From an uncultured Clostridia bacterium (GTDB lineage: Bacteria > Bacillota > Clostridia > Oscillospirales > Oscillospiraceae), in contig CAMVKI010000001.1 in NCBI GenBank assembly GCA_947168005.1, forward strand, positions 1 to 57,196: 57,196 nucleotides of DNA. The letters are read 5' to 3'. The stretch's first letter is position 1, and each line of letters begins with the position of its first letter. The notes under the pieces were generated by a model, which was given only the letters and a program-made list of their open reading frames with translations, made no database searches and was not told where the DNA came from. A program made the position numbers and the translations under genes. Of this stretch, positions 23,115-32,307 are shown one piece after another.

Positions 23115-24029
23115 ATGGGAGATTTGTTTTACTGGCTGTTCAACATGAGCATCGTCGGGGCGGTGACCGGACTTGCCGTCGTGTTGATCCGGCTGATTAA
23201 GCGCATTCCGCGCCGGTGGATCGTGCTCCTGTGGGCGATTCCCTTTCTGCGCTTTCTGATCCCGCTCGGCGTCGGCGGGAAATACAGCTTGATGTCGTTG
23301 CTGTCCCGCTTTGCGACGAAGACCGTCGTGGTCTATGAGGGCGATCTGACGGAGTACACCGCTACGAATGTCATCCAGGCCGCAAAGAACTATTTCCCCA
23401 TTACGTACAAGGTCGATCTGCTGGCTGACGTCTTTCGCTATGCTGCCCTTGTGTGGATCATCGTTGCGGCAGCCCTGATCCTTGCGATGGGGATCCTGTA
23501 CGCGGTGACCCTCTCCGAGCTCAGGGACGCCGAGCAGCTGCGCGGCAGTATCTATTGTTCGCCGAAGATCACCACGCCTGCCGTGTATGGCATCCTCCGC
23601 CCGAGGATCATCCTCCCGGAATTCTGCCGGGATTCGGAGAAACTGGATCTGATCGTTCTGCATGAGCGGCGGCATATTCGCAGGCTGGACAATCTCTGGC
23701 GGATACTCGCGTTTCTGACCGCCGCGATCCACTGGTTCAACCCTGCGGCCTGGCTGTTTCTGAAGCTGTATCTGGCGGACGCGGAGCTTGCCTGCGACGA
23801 GTCAGTGCTTTCCAAGCTGCCCGCAGGCGAACACAAGCGCTACGCCCACGCGCTGCTGAACGCCCGGGAGGGCAAGGTGGTGTTCGCCTCCGCCTTTGGC
23901 GGCGCCAAGGTCCGCACGCGGATCGAGCGGATCCTGTCCTACAAAAAGATGACCGTCGCGTCGGGGATCGCCTTTGCGGCTTTGATCGGGGCCATCGCTT
24001 ATTTCCTGCTGACAAATGCTGCTGTATGA
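23115..24029 (+). CDS. M56 (BlaR1-like) membrane metalloprotease without a C-terminal sensor domain
   Basis: Multi-TM N-terminus and an HEXXH motif in LIVLHERRHIRRLDNLW. Only 304 aa. Sits directly after the BlaI-family gene. Confidence 0.8.
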   Translation: MGDLFYWLFNMSIVGAVTGLAVVLIRLIKRIPRRWIVLLWAIPFLRFLIPLGVGGKYSLMSLLSRFATKTVVVYEGDLTEYTATNVIQAAKNYFPITYKVDLLADVFRYAALVWIIVAAALILAMGILYAVTLSELRDAEQLRGSIYCSPKITTPAVYGILRPRIILPEFCRDSEKLDLIVLHERRHIRRLDNLWRILAFLTAAIHWFNPAAWLFLKLYLADAELACDESVLSKLPAGEHKRYAHALLNAREGKVVFASAFGGAKVRTRIERILSYKKMTVASGIAFAALIGAIAYFLLTNAAV

Positions 24030-24113
24030 ATTGTTCGGTTTTTCTATATCAATCACTGAAGTGAAATCGTATTTTTTGCTGTAACAATACTATAAATGCA
24101 GGGAGGAGCACCG

Positions 24114-24869
24114 GTGAGAAAAATGATTTCTGTGCTGCTTTGCATGTTTGTGATCCTTCTGATCCCGGCGTGCAAGGAAAATGTGGAGGAGAACATGACA
24201 ACAGCGTTTTGGACAAAGCCTCTGATTCCGGCGTGCAGGGAAAACGTCAATGAGGCAGAAAAAAACATGGGATACTATTCGATTGAAGACTTTCAAACAA
24301 TTGTCGTTGGCAAAACAACGTTTCAGGATGTTTATAAACTCTTTCCAGCAGAAGGAATGATAGTAACCTCATACGGAGGGCTTTGCAATTATGCAACAGA
24401 AAGCGGAAGCATTTGCATTCAGTTTTATGGGAGCGATTTAGTCGTTGGCGCGATAAAGTTCAATCCGAAGGACGACGCCGAAGCAGACGATCAAATTGAC
24501 ATGAGCCAGGCACAGGCGGAGCTCAAGCAATGCTTCCCGGAATACTTCGGGCTGGACCCGGTAAACGGGCTGGACGTGATTGTCTGGCAGATGGCGCCTT
24601 CCAGTTACTCCTTCGGCTTGCTGGAGCATTCCGATACGGAACGGGATTGGATCAGCAGGGAGCTGATGGATTTGAAAGGCGTCAGCGCGGAGCAACTGCG
24701 GGAGATCCTGGCGACCTATGCCGTTTCCGAGGACGGAATCCATATCATTCCGTGGCAGAATCCGATTTCCAGCTATCTTCCCTCGTATTGCATCAACCTC
24801 GGCGGCGAGGATATGGACGCGAAACGCGAAGCGTACATCGCTGAGATCCGCGGGATGCTGTTTGGATGA
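24114..24869 (+). CDS. hypothetical lipoprotein
   Basis: A GTG at 24114 lies 5 nt after GGAGGAG. Signal peptide with lipobox (M)RKMISVLLCMFVILLIPAC. The lipobox-containing segment is duplicated 21 codons downstream. Confidence 0.6.
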   Translation: MRKMISVLLCMFVILLIPACKENVEENMTTAFWTKPLIPACRENVNEAEKNMGYYSIEDFQTIVVGKTTFQDVYKLFPAEGMIVTSYGGLCNYATESGSICIQFYGSDLVVGAIKFNPKDDAEADDQIDMSQAQAELKQCFPEYFGLDPVNGLDVIVWQMAPSSYSFGLLEHSDTERDWISRELMDLKGVSAEQLREILATYAVSEDGIHIIPWQNPISSYLPSYCINLGGEDMDAKREAYIAEIRGMLFG

Positions 24870-24898
24870 ACGGAACGCTGCAGAATACAGAGGTGATC

Positions 24899-25888
24899 AT
24901 GATGAAAGCAAAGTTTACGCGCTTCTGGCTGTGTTCTCTCGCTGCCGTGCTTGCGGCGTCCTTCTATCCGCTGCTCATGGGCGTGCGAGTCGTTTCCGAC
25001 ATGCTCCGGGACGGCACGGTCCTCAAGGAGAACTATCCGAAGTACATCATTCCCTATACGCCCATTGCGGTCGCGGTCATTCTGGGCGTGCTCCTGCTGC
25101 CGGTTTTTGTCAGGCTGCTGAAACGCTTTGCGGTGCTGGGCAGCTCGGTGCTGTCGGTCGGCGCGTTTTTCGGGCTGGAATATCTGTTTGAAAAGAACGT
25201 CGTGGTCACGACCGCGGAAACGGTCACAAAGCTGGAAGACTGGCAGATGTACATGTGCTATCAGCCGCCGGGCGGCTGGGAGACGACGGTCACGGAGTAC
25301 AAGACGCATACTGCGGTCGAGATCCTCATGGGCAAATACGATCCGGCGTTCAAACTGCACTTCTATCTGATCTCCGTCGTGCTGATCCTTGCGATCCTGA
25401 ACTGCGTTTACGGCTTCGCGCAGATGATCCGGACGGGAGACCGGCGCAGAAAAAAGGCGCTGATCCTGCAATCGGTTTCCGCGGCGCTCTTTTTAGGGCT
25501 CTGCATTCTTGCCTGCTTCACGGCCTTCTGGCGGGACGGCAGCATCCTGGTTTCGCAGCTGTCCGCGTTCCTGATGTCGGTGTTCTTCATTCTGCTGGGC
25601 GTGACAGTCGGCTTGTTTTTCGGTTCGCTCCTGCTTGATCGAAGCCGGGCAGTCGGACTTTGGCTCTCGGCCGCGGTCTCGGCAGCAACGACGCTTGTCA
25701 TGTACATCGGTGAAATGATCCTACTGCACGGTCATCTCTACCGCTTCGGCACAGGCTTCTTCTTTGACGGCCTGCCCGCCATCGTTCTCGCCCCGGTCGA
25801 TATTCTCGTAATTCTGGCGTCTGGTTTGATTGCCTTTTTGCTGATGTTGTTTGCCAGGAGAAACGGGGCTCAAGCGGAGAAAGCATAA
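24899..25888 (+). CDS. hypothetical polytopic membrane protein
   Basis: Start placed at MMKAKFTRFW (RBS GAGGTG); the track ORF starts at 24866. At least 8 hydrophobic helices. No motif recognised. Confidence 0.6.
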   Translation: MMKAKFTRFWLCSLAAVLAASFYPLLMGVRVVSDMLRDGTVLKENYPKYIIPYTPIAVAVILGVLLLPVFVRLLKRFAVLGSSVLSVGAFFGLEYLFEKNVVVTTAETVTKLEDWQMYMCYQPPGGWETTVTEYKTHTAVEILMGKYDPAFKLHFYLISVVLILAILNCVYGFAQMIRTGDRRRKKALILQSVSAALFLGLCILACFTAFWRDGSILVSQLSAFLMSVFFILLGVTVGLFFGSLLLDRSRAVGLWLSAAVSAATTLVMYIGEMILLHGHLYRFGTGFFFDGLPAIVLAPVDILVILASGLIAFLLMLFARRNGAQAEKA

Positions 25889-25900
25889 TATGCCGCAAAG

Positions 25901-25942
25901 AGCAGAGCGCATTGCGAATGGGATATCGCAATGCGCTCTGCT
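25901..25942. terminator. bidirectional hairpin between convergent genes
   Basis: AGCAGAGCGCATTGCGA / TCGCAATGCGCTCTGCT form a perfect 17-bp stem. Confidence 0.55.
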
Positions 25943-25968
25943 GTTTGCTTGGGGATGATCGTGTGCGT

Positions 25969-27306
25969 TTATTCTGCCGGGTCAAGCATTGTGCCGATGA
26001 AGAACGGGATCCCGGTCTGGCAGTCGATCAGCATATAGACGAAGGGGCGGTCCAGATAGACCTGCTTCGGGTTCTCGACGGCGGCCTCGTCGCTCGCCTC
26101 TACCAACGTAGCCGCGCCGGCGCGGGTACCGTCCTCGGCGACGGAGATGAAGGTCTTGTGGATAACGCGGCTGATGTAAATATTTCCCGCAGTTGAGATG
26201 CCGAGGCCGGAGAAATCTGCCTGGAAGCCGTCGAAGGCGGCGGTCATGCCCATGGACTCCAGCAGCTCGTTCAGCTCGGCAGACCACTCCGCCTCAAACT
26301 TGGGAAGGGAGGTATAGACCGTTTCATACCGAGGCGCAGCCAGCATCGCCTGCAGCGCCTCACCGCTCAGCGAGGCCAGATAGTCTTCCACGCTGACGCC
26401 TTCCTTGGGCAGCAAGGCCGCAAATGCATAGCGTCCGCCCTGATAATACTTGACAAAGCCTTTGGCCTTCGCGTCTTCGAGATAGGCATGCTCCTCTGAA
26501 TGCATGAAGTCTACCGTCCGGGCAGCGCCGTCTGCCGTGGTGAACTTGCCGGACTGCACCGAGTACTCGGTATAGGGATGCTCCCACTTGGCGTCGAAGG
26601 CCAGCGCGTTGACCAGATACATCACCGCTTCCGGCGGGATCTCGTCCAGGATCTCAGGGATCATCCCGTTGGTCTCATTGTTGACCCAATCGTTGATTTC
26701 CTTCAAGGTCGTGTCGTCAAAAGGCGCGCTGTAGGCGTCCGCGCCGTAATAGTCCGCATTGGTCTGCAGGAAGTCCCGGTTTACCGTAAAGCGCGAGTCG
26801 TTGGTGAACCAGATGGCATTTGCCAAATGCAGCACACCCTTTTCGTCCTCCGCCAGCGCCGCCAGGTAACTGCGGAAAAACTCGTTCCAGAGCTCCCGGC
26901 GCAGGCCGAGGGTGCTTTCCATCTGGGTCAGCGTGATCCCGTCCGCACCGTTGGCCGTCATGGCCAGCGCACTGAGTACGGACAGAGGCGAGATCAGGGT
27001 ATTCTTCTCCGGATCACAGCCTGCCCGGAACAGGCGCAGCGCGAAATCCGCCGCAGCGGCAGACGCCTCCGTCGAAATGGCGCCGGGGCCATTATCGGTC
27101 TGGGAGGGCTTGACGTCCGCCATCAGATTAACAGACGCCATCTTCACCACCGGTGCGTTCGGTGTGTTTGACGTACCGGGCTCGGTTTGCGCATTCGTTC
27201 CGCCGGACGTCGCGGGCGGGGCTGTCGCTGCGCAGCCGCCAAAATTCAGCAGCATCGCGGCAATCAGCAACAGACTGAGCGCACACCACAGTTTTTTCTG
27301 TTTCAT
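25969..27306 (-). CDS. serpin family protease inhibitor, lipoprotein
   Basis: Signal peptide and lipobox LLNFGGC. Serpin-length body (445 aa) with the C-terminal signature VYLDRPFVYMLIDCQTGIPFFIGTMLDP. Confidence 0.8.
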   Translation of the reverse strand: MKQKKLWCALSLLLIAAMLLNFGGCAATAPPATSGGTNAQTEPGTSNTPNAPVVKMASVNLMADVKPSQTDNGPGAISTEASAAAADFALRLFRAGCDPEKNTLISPLSVLSALAMTANGADGITLTQMESTLGLRRELWNEFFRSYLAALAEDEKGVLHLANAIWFTNDSRFTVNRDFLQTNADYYGADAYSAPFDDTTLKEINDWVNNETNGMIPEILDEIPPEAVMYLVNALAFDAKWEHPYTEYSVQSGKFTTADGAARTVDFMHSEEHAYLEDAKAKGFVKYYQGGRYAFAALLPKEGVSVEDYLASLSGEALQAMLAAPRYETVYTSLPKFEAEWSAELNELLESMGMTAAFDGFQADFSGLGISTAGNIYISRVIHKTFISVAEDGTRAGAATLVEASDEAAVENPKQVYLDRPFVYMLIDCQTGIPFFIGTMLDPAE

Positions 27307-27321
27307 ACTGGAAATCTCCTT

Positions 27322-27966
27322 TCATTGGTCACCGCCGAACAGCAGCGCATTCAGCTCCGCGATCTGTTCGTCGGTCAGCGGGATCTGTTGGTTTTCTGAA
27401 AGCTTGATCAGCTCCGTGCCATTATAGATATATTCCGCCTGTGCGCCGGAAGCGTCTGTGAGCACGATCCGGATCGGCTCCTGCTCGGAGGCCGTCTCTG
27501 CCAAATCATCCATCCCGAAGCCTTCCATGCTTTCAAAGGCAAAAGGATCCACAGTGAGGATCCAAGCGGTCACGCTGTCGGGATCTTTGGGCTGTACACC
27601 CGATTTTATCCACTGCCCATCCTGTGCCAGACGCCACAGCTCTGCGCTGCAAAGGCTGATCGGCAGCGTTTCCTCGTCCTGCGGGACTTCCTCTGTTTGC
27701 TGTCCACTCTCCAGACGCTCAGTTCCCGTCCATTCGTCCTCCGTTCGCCGGTCGCTCTCCAGAAATTGAGTTCCCGTCCACGCATCCGGCGTCTGTTCTG
27801 CGGCCCTCTGAAGAATTCCGGGAAGGAACACCGCGGTTCCAATCACCAGGATCAGTGCCAGCGAGGTGACGCCGGTCAGGACCCGTCTGCGGTTTTGTCG
27901 CTGCGCTTCCTTTTTCTGCGCGATGATCTGACGCACCTCAGCGGTGTATTCGTATATCTCTCTCAT
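27322..27966 (-). CDS. putative anti-sigma factor (single-pass membrane protein)
   Basis: Its start overlaps the stop of the sigma gene. Cytoplasmic N-terminus, TM helix VLTGVTSLALILVIGTAVFL, then an extracytoplasmic domain with the internal repeat WTGT(Q/E)(F/R)LES. Confidence 0.5.
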   Translation of the reverse strand: MREIYEYTAEVRQIIAQKKEAQRQNRRRVLTGVTSLALILVIGTAVFLPGILQRAAEQTPDAWTGTQFLESDRRTEDEWTGTERLESGQQTEEVPQDEETLPISLCSAELWRLAQDGQWIKSGVQPKDPDSVTAWILTVDPFAFESMEGFGMDDLAETASEQEPIRIVLTDASGAQAEYIYNGTELIKLSENQQIPLTDEQIAELNALLFGGDQ

Positions 27967-28508
27967 AACAGCTGCCTGCCCTCCTCTCCGAGAATACTGC
28001 GAAGCTTTTTCTTCGCCAGGCAGAGAAGGTTGTCAACCTGCTTGCGGCTCTTCTTCATCACCCGAGCGGCTTCTTCGTAGGATAAATCCTCAAAAAAGAC
28101 CAGGTGGACCGCCGTGCGCATATCCGCCGGAAGCTGCGCCAGGGCAGCATTGACCTTCCGCTTTCGCTCATCGCGCAAAACCTTCTGCTCCAGATCTTCC
28201 TGTTCCACAGGGATCGCCTCTGACAGCGCTTCCATGGGTACGATTCGGCGGCGTTTGCAATAGTTCAACGCCCGGCTCTTTCCCAGCATGAACAGATATG
28301 TTTTCAGAGAGGTTTTGAAGTTGTAGCGGCGCGGATATACGAACAATTCCGAGACGGCGTCCATCGCGAGATCCTCCGCAGCATGGACATCCTGCACATA
28401 GCGGTTGATGAAAAAGACCAGCGGGAAGAACAACTCCTCCATGATCTCGTCGATGGCGTGTTCGTCGCCATCCAGGAAACGGCGGTAGCTACTTGCACCG
28501 TTGTCCAT
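27963..28508 (-). CDS. ECF-type sigma-70 family RNA polymerase sigma factor
   Basis: Start set at MDNGASSYRRF (AGGAGGA 6 nt upstream). Region 2 AEDLAMDAVSELF and region 4 HTH LSYEEAARVMKKSRKQVDNLL. Confidence 0.8.
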   Translation of the reverse strand: MDNGASSYRRFLDGDEHAIDEIMEELFFPLVFFINRYVQDVHAAEDLAMDAVSELFVYPRRYNFKTSLKTYLFMLGKSRALNYCKRRRIVPMEALSEAIPVEQEDLEQKVLRDERKRKVNAALAQLPADMRTAVHLVFFEDLSYEEAARVMKKSRKQVDNLLCLAKKKLRSILGEEGRQLL

Positions 28509-28590
28509 AGGATTCCTCCTGTAAGCTGCGGTCACGTCTGACCGTTCATCCATTATACAATCAGACGGCAAAAAATCCTAATGGTTCTGA

Positions 28591-28641
28591 AAAAAATATA
28601 AAAAATGCCCTGTGAATCCGGGATCGCTTGGATTCACAGGG
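28591..28641 (-). terminator. intrinsic terminator between two minus-strand operons
   Basis: CCCTGTGAATCC / GGATTCACAGGG form a 12-bp stem, followed on the minus strand by TTTTTTATATTTTTTT. Confidence 0.6.
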
Positions 28642-28797
28642 AAATTGAGTCAGAGCATATTTGAGAAGATGTCCTCTACAGGAAAAAAGATTATTCCAGA
28701 ATCTCGGTTAAACAAGCTGATTGCTATACACAGCCTAACCCCTTTACTTGTTTCTACCGTCACAATCTTCCTCTTTTTCATATTTTTGTTCTCCAGA

Positions 28798-29163
28798 TTA
28801 TCGGCAAATAAGCGCAACAAAAAGGCAAGCAATTCCGAGCGTGATAAAGATCGCGGGAACACCATAAGCGTCACTTTTGCGGACCTTTCCCCAGTCAACC
28901 ATATCGGGCATCATATCCTGATGGTACGAGTTTTGATAAGCACAGTAAAAGTGTTTCCATTTCAGCAGATAGCCAAGCAGCTCATACAAACCGAGAATCA
29001 GGCATCCCGCACCAAGTGCGGCCATCGTTGCCCGGCGAGAGCCAGTAACCTTTCCGACAATCAGTGTAAGAACAAGAACACCAATAGGAAATCCGTATCG
29101 CAGAAGCCCAGCAAGAATCATAACACGCTTTGAACGTCTTTTTGCGCTGGTGTGGTTGCTCAT
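28798..29163 (-). CDS. small hypothetical membrane protein
   Basis: 121 aa with 3 hydrophobic helices. Overlaps the upstream gene stop by 4 nt. Confidence 0.5.
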   Translation of the reverse strand: MSNHTSAKRRSKRVMILAGLLRYGFPIGVLVLTLIVGKVTGSRRATMAALGAGCLILGLYELLGYLLKWKHFYCAYQNSYHQDMMPDMVDWGKVRKSDAYGVPAIFITLGIACLFVALICR

Positions 29164-30023
29164 GGTTCAGCCTCCTCCGGGAACAGCGGGTCAGTTACCG
29201 CGTCCTTGGGATATTCGATCTTTCCGCCATACCCCGCCCATCTTCCTACCAGCTTTTGCAGAAACTGACTGTGCCGCTCCGGGTGGCGGAGGACTGCCAG
29301 CACAAAGATCGCCCAAGCCAGGGAAAAGAGGGCCAGGCTTCCGAACAGCCACAGAACAAAAGTCAAATCTTCCTTGTTGCTGTAACCCAGGTGAAAGCGG
29401 ATCACCTCAAACACGATTGGCCCAGCAAAGATCACGGGCAGCAGGAAGGTAAGAATCACCTGACGCCAGCCGTTGGCAATGTGATGGTTGCTGGGGTCCG
29501 GCTTGCGGAGATCCAGCCGTTTCCATCTTTCACGCGGCACCTTCTGGGCAAGCAGGCACAGCAGCTCCCGGTAGTGCTTTTGGCTCGGCGATACGGTAAA
29601 ATGGGCTTTCCCGCACCGAATGACGACCTCATAACCCCGCGGTGCGTACTTGCTGTTCTGATAGGCACCTCGGCAGATCTCCGAGATCTCCTCATAGCGG
29701 AAGCTGCGGGTCTTCCCCCAAAGCGTCCTTTGCGTGAAGCTCTCGTCATCATAACGGACCCAAAGATTCAGATACGCAAGCTGCACGAACCAGCCTGGCA
29801 ACAGGAAAAGCAAAAACAGCAGGGCCTTCTCGCCCGATCTCGTCCAGAAATACGCGGTTCCAGCGATCCAGAGCAGATCATAAACGATCAAAATGACAAC
29901 AAGGGTGAACGGCAGGGTCAATGCCTTTTCCCAGTCCGGGGTCTTGCGCTTTTTCCATTCCGCCAGACAGGCGAGCGTCAACAGCAGGGAGATCGCGCAC
30001 AAAAGGACCGCAAAATATATCAT
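29160..30023 (-). CDS. hypothetical polytopic membrane protein
   Basis: Start moved to MIYFAVLL (AAGGAG 6 nt upstream, ATGA overlap with the upstream stop). Multiple TM helices. Confidence 0.6.
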   Translation of the reverse strand: MIYFAVLLCAISLLLTLACLAEWKKRKTPDWEKALTLPFTLVVILIVYDLLWIAGTAYFWTRSGEKALLFLLFLLPGWFVQLAYLNLWVRYDDESFTQRTLWGKTRSFRYEEISEICRGAYQNSKYAPRGYEVVIRCGKAHFTVSPSQKHYRELLCLLAQKVPRERWKRLDLRKPDPSNHHIANGWRQVILTFLLPVIFAGPIVFEVIRFHLGYSNKEDLTFVLWLFGSLALFSLAWAIFVLAVLRHPERHSQFLQKLVGRWAGYGGKIEYPKDAVTDPLFPEEAEP

Positions 30024-30598
30024 AGGCTGCTCCTTTCCGTCGGTTTGCTGAAATATTGATTCCATCTTCTTTTCAGAAAGCACCACCCGAACGTGTGATA
30101 CACCAGAGAAAACGCCGAAAGTACCGCACAGATCACAAGCCACCATACCTGGTTTGATGTAGCGTCCCCGCCGAACAGTAAATACGCAGCGGACGGGAGA
30201 AAGAAGAATGCGCCAAGCAGAATCGACTGGATCGCCGAGTGTCGAAGGTAAGCATTCCGTAGCTGCCGGAAATCCAGCCATGCCTCCTGATCAATCGGGT
30301 GAGAAAGCCGGTAAATGTATGACAACAGCAGGGAGCCACAATAGCCGGGCGTCAGCTCGTCCGCTTTATGAGTATACTTCAATTGGAAACCGAGATCCAA
30401 AAGACCGGCTTCTTTCAAAAAGGCATAGGTTGAAAAGTATCGGACTTCCTTCGCTTTTGTCTCCCGGAAGACGAAGCGGCGGAAGAAACCGACCCGTTCC
30501 AGTCTCCAGCCAGCGGCCTCCTGGGCGGCAAACCATTCGTCCATCTCGTCAGCCCGCCAGTAGGGACGGAGCCAGTGCTTTGTCATCTGCGAGTTCAT
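30020..30598 (-). CDS. DUF2812-like membrane protein
   Basis: An N-terminal soluble domain (EMDEWFAAQEAAGWRLERV...) followed by two C-terminal TM helices, which is the usual DUF2812 layout. Confidence 0.5.
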   Translation of the reverse strand: MNSQMTKHWLRPYWRADEMDEWFAAQEAAGWRLERVGFFRRFVFRETKAKEVRYFSTYAFLKEAGLLDLGFQLKYTHKADELTPGYCGSLLLSYIYRLSHPIDQEAWLDFRQLRNAYLRHSAIQSILLGAFFFLPSAAYLLFGGDATSNQVWWLVICAVLSAFSLVYHTFGWCFLKRRWNQYFSKPTERSSL

Positions 30599-31179
30599 GC
30601 TTGTTTTTCCTCTCTCAGCCGTTCATTATATTTGCGCCGCAGCCTGCAGGCCTCGGCCAGCTCACGACGATGCAGGAGATAACTCGCGCCGCTCCCCAGC
30701 GCACCAAAGCCGAGCGCGATCCCGCAGATCGTTAGACGGAGGCGGATATCCGCCGCGCGGCTCGCCTCAAAATCAGTGGCGTCGGCATAGACCCGATCTC
30801 CTGTGCGGAGCGTAGCAATCTTGTCGTAGATCGGCCAATTGCAACTAGCGATAATCAGTGTATCACCAGGAATGATCCGGCCTGCCTTGACATCCTCCCA
30901 AAAGGGCCTCCCGACATATACCTGCGCAAGAAAACGCTGCCCGTCTTCTGCTTCGATGAGGATATGTTTTCGCATGAACCATTCGGCCTCCGCGAATTTG
31001 ATCTCAACGGGTTCGGAGGGCTCCGCGCTTCGGAGCATGATCATATACACATAAAGGGGAGCGCAAAGAAGCTGGAGAAACAGCACCGGCAGCAGAACGC
31101 GAACGATCAGTTTGCGCAAGCGCCGGTTCTGCTTTTTTATGTGCAGATTATCTTTTTCTTGCTGGGTCAAAAAGCTCAC
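30595..31179 (-). CDS. hypothetical membrane protein
   Basis: 194 aa with TM helices near both ends. Overlaps the downstream gene start by 4 nt. Confidence 0.5.
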   Translation of the reverse strand: MSFLTQQEKDNLHIKKQNRRLRKLIVRVLLPVLFLQLLCAPLYVYMIMLRSAEPSEPVEIKFAEAEWFMRKHILIEAEDGQRFLAQVYVGRPFWEDVKAGRIIPGDTLIIASCNWPIYDKIATLRTGDRVYADATDFEASRAADIRLRLTICGIALGFGALGSGASYLLHRRELAEACRLRRKYNERLREEKQA

Positions 31180-31185
31180 CTCTCA

Positions 31186-32289
31186 TTATTGACGCTCATA
31201 TTCATACCGTCCATTCAGATAGAGGTCAAATACGCCCCGCAGGGCTTTCTTCATCTGTTTTTCTTCGCCTTTTCTCAGATAAGGAACAACGGACAACAGG
31301 AAGCCCGTTTGGGGGAGAAAGGTAATTTGAATCTTCTGACCGACCACAAAGACCCCTTCTCCGCCGGAGCCTGCACAGACGAAACGATATGTGTTCCCGG
31401 CGTCGTCTTTCAAAAGGCGCTTCCTCTCGTCCTCATAGCGGAGCAGGCGCATTTTGTGGTCAGTTTCGATGGAGCGAACGCGGATGTTATGGGTCTGGGG
31501 CTTGCCTGCCCGCAGCTCCCACCAGACCCGAATTCGATAGTTCAGGACGCGCAGGGTCATGATGCAGAAGACCAGTACGATCAGCAGCGACGGCCAGATC
31601 ACATCCCACCCTCGTCTTCCGGTCAACAGCAGGATTGCCGGAACGATCACGGCAAATCCGGCGCCGGCCAGCAGCAGCTGCCGCAGGGGCTTGAAATAGA
31701 TGCGGAGGATTTGGCGGAGCGCTTCGGATTGGGCTTTTCCTTTGGGAAGTCCCACGTTTCGGAACACCCGAAGGCTCTGCTTGGCGCTTTTCGGGAGAAT
31801 AAGGGCAACGGCAAAGCAAAGTCCGATCAGGTAGAGAAGAATCCCCAGTACCGTAAATCCGGCGACCTCCCGACGGAGCGCCTCGGCGGCATGCTCGAAG
31901 TCCAGAATGACCGTATCTCCCACGCGAAACTCCAAAATGATTGCGCTGTTGGGGTGCAGGAGCAGGGAGACCTTCGTCCCGGGCTTCAGGGCATTGATCG
32001 CCTCAAAGAGAGCTTCCGAGGCATAGGCGCTGTCCATAGCCTGCTGCTCCAGATCGGAGAACTGGACCAGGATCTCCGCAAGGCTGCTGCGGCCATATTT
32101 TTCCTTGCAGGACTGGTAAGTAGCCTCCGCAGGGACAGACTCCGCCCGGGAAATATCTTTTTCCCAGTGGTGCATGCCGAAGGTCATAACCGTACCAAGG
32201 AAAAAGCAGACAAGCACCAGCACCCATCCGAAGATGCGATTTCTGCGCTCATATCGCCGCAAGAATTCTTGTGCGTTTTCTGAAGACAT
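31186..32289 (-). CDS. hypothetical polytopic membrane protein
   Basis: 367 aa with several TM helices. Same strand and close spacing with its neighbours. Confidence 0.55.
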   Translation of the reverse strand: MSSENAQEFLRRYERRNRIFGWVLVLVCFFLGTVMTFGMHHWEKDISRAESVPAEATYQSCKEKYGRSSLAEILVQFSDLEQQAMDSAYASEALFEAINALKPGTKVSLLLHPNSAIILEFRVGDTVILDFEHAAEALRREVAGFTVLGILLYLIGLCFAVALILPKSAKQSLRVFRNVGLPKGKAQSEALRQILRIYFKPLRQLLLAGAGFAVIVPAILLLTGRRGWDVIWPSLLIVLVFCIMTLRVLNYRIRVWWELRAGKPQTHNIRVRSIETDHKMRLLRYEDERKRLLKDDAGNTYRFVCAGSGGEGVFVVGQKIQITFLPQTGFLLSVVPYLRKGEEKQMKKALRGVFDLYLNGRYEYERQ

Positions 32290-32307
32290 TGCATCACCTC
32301 CGACAGG

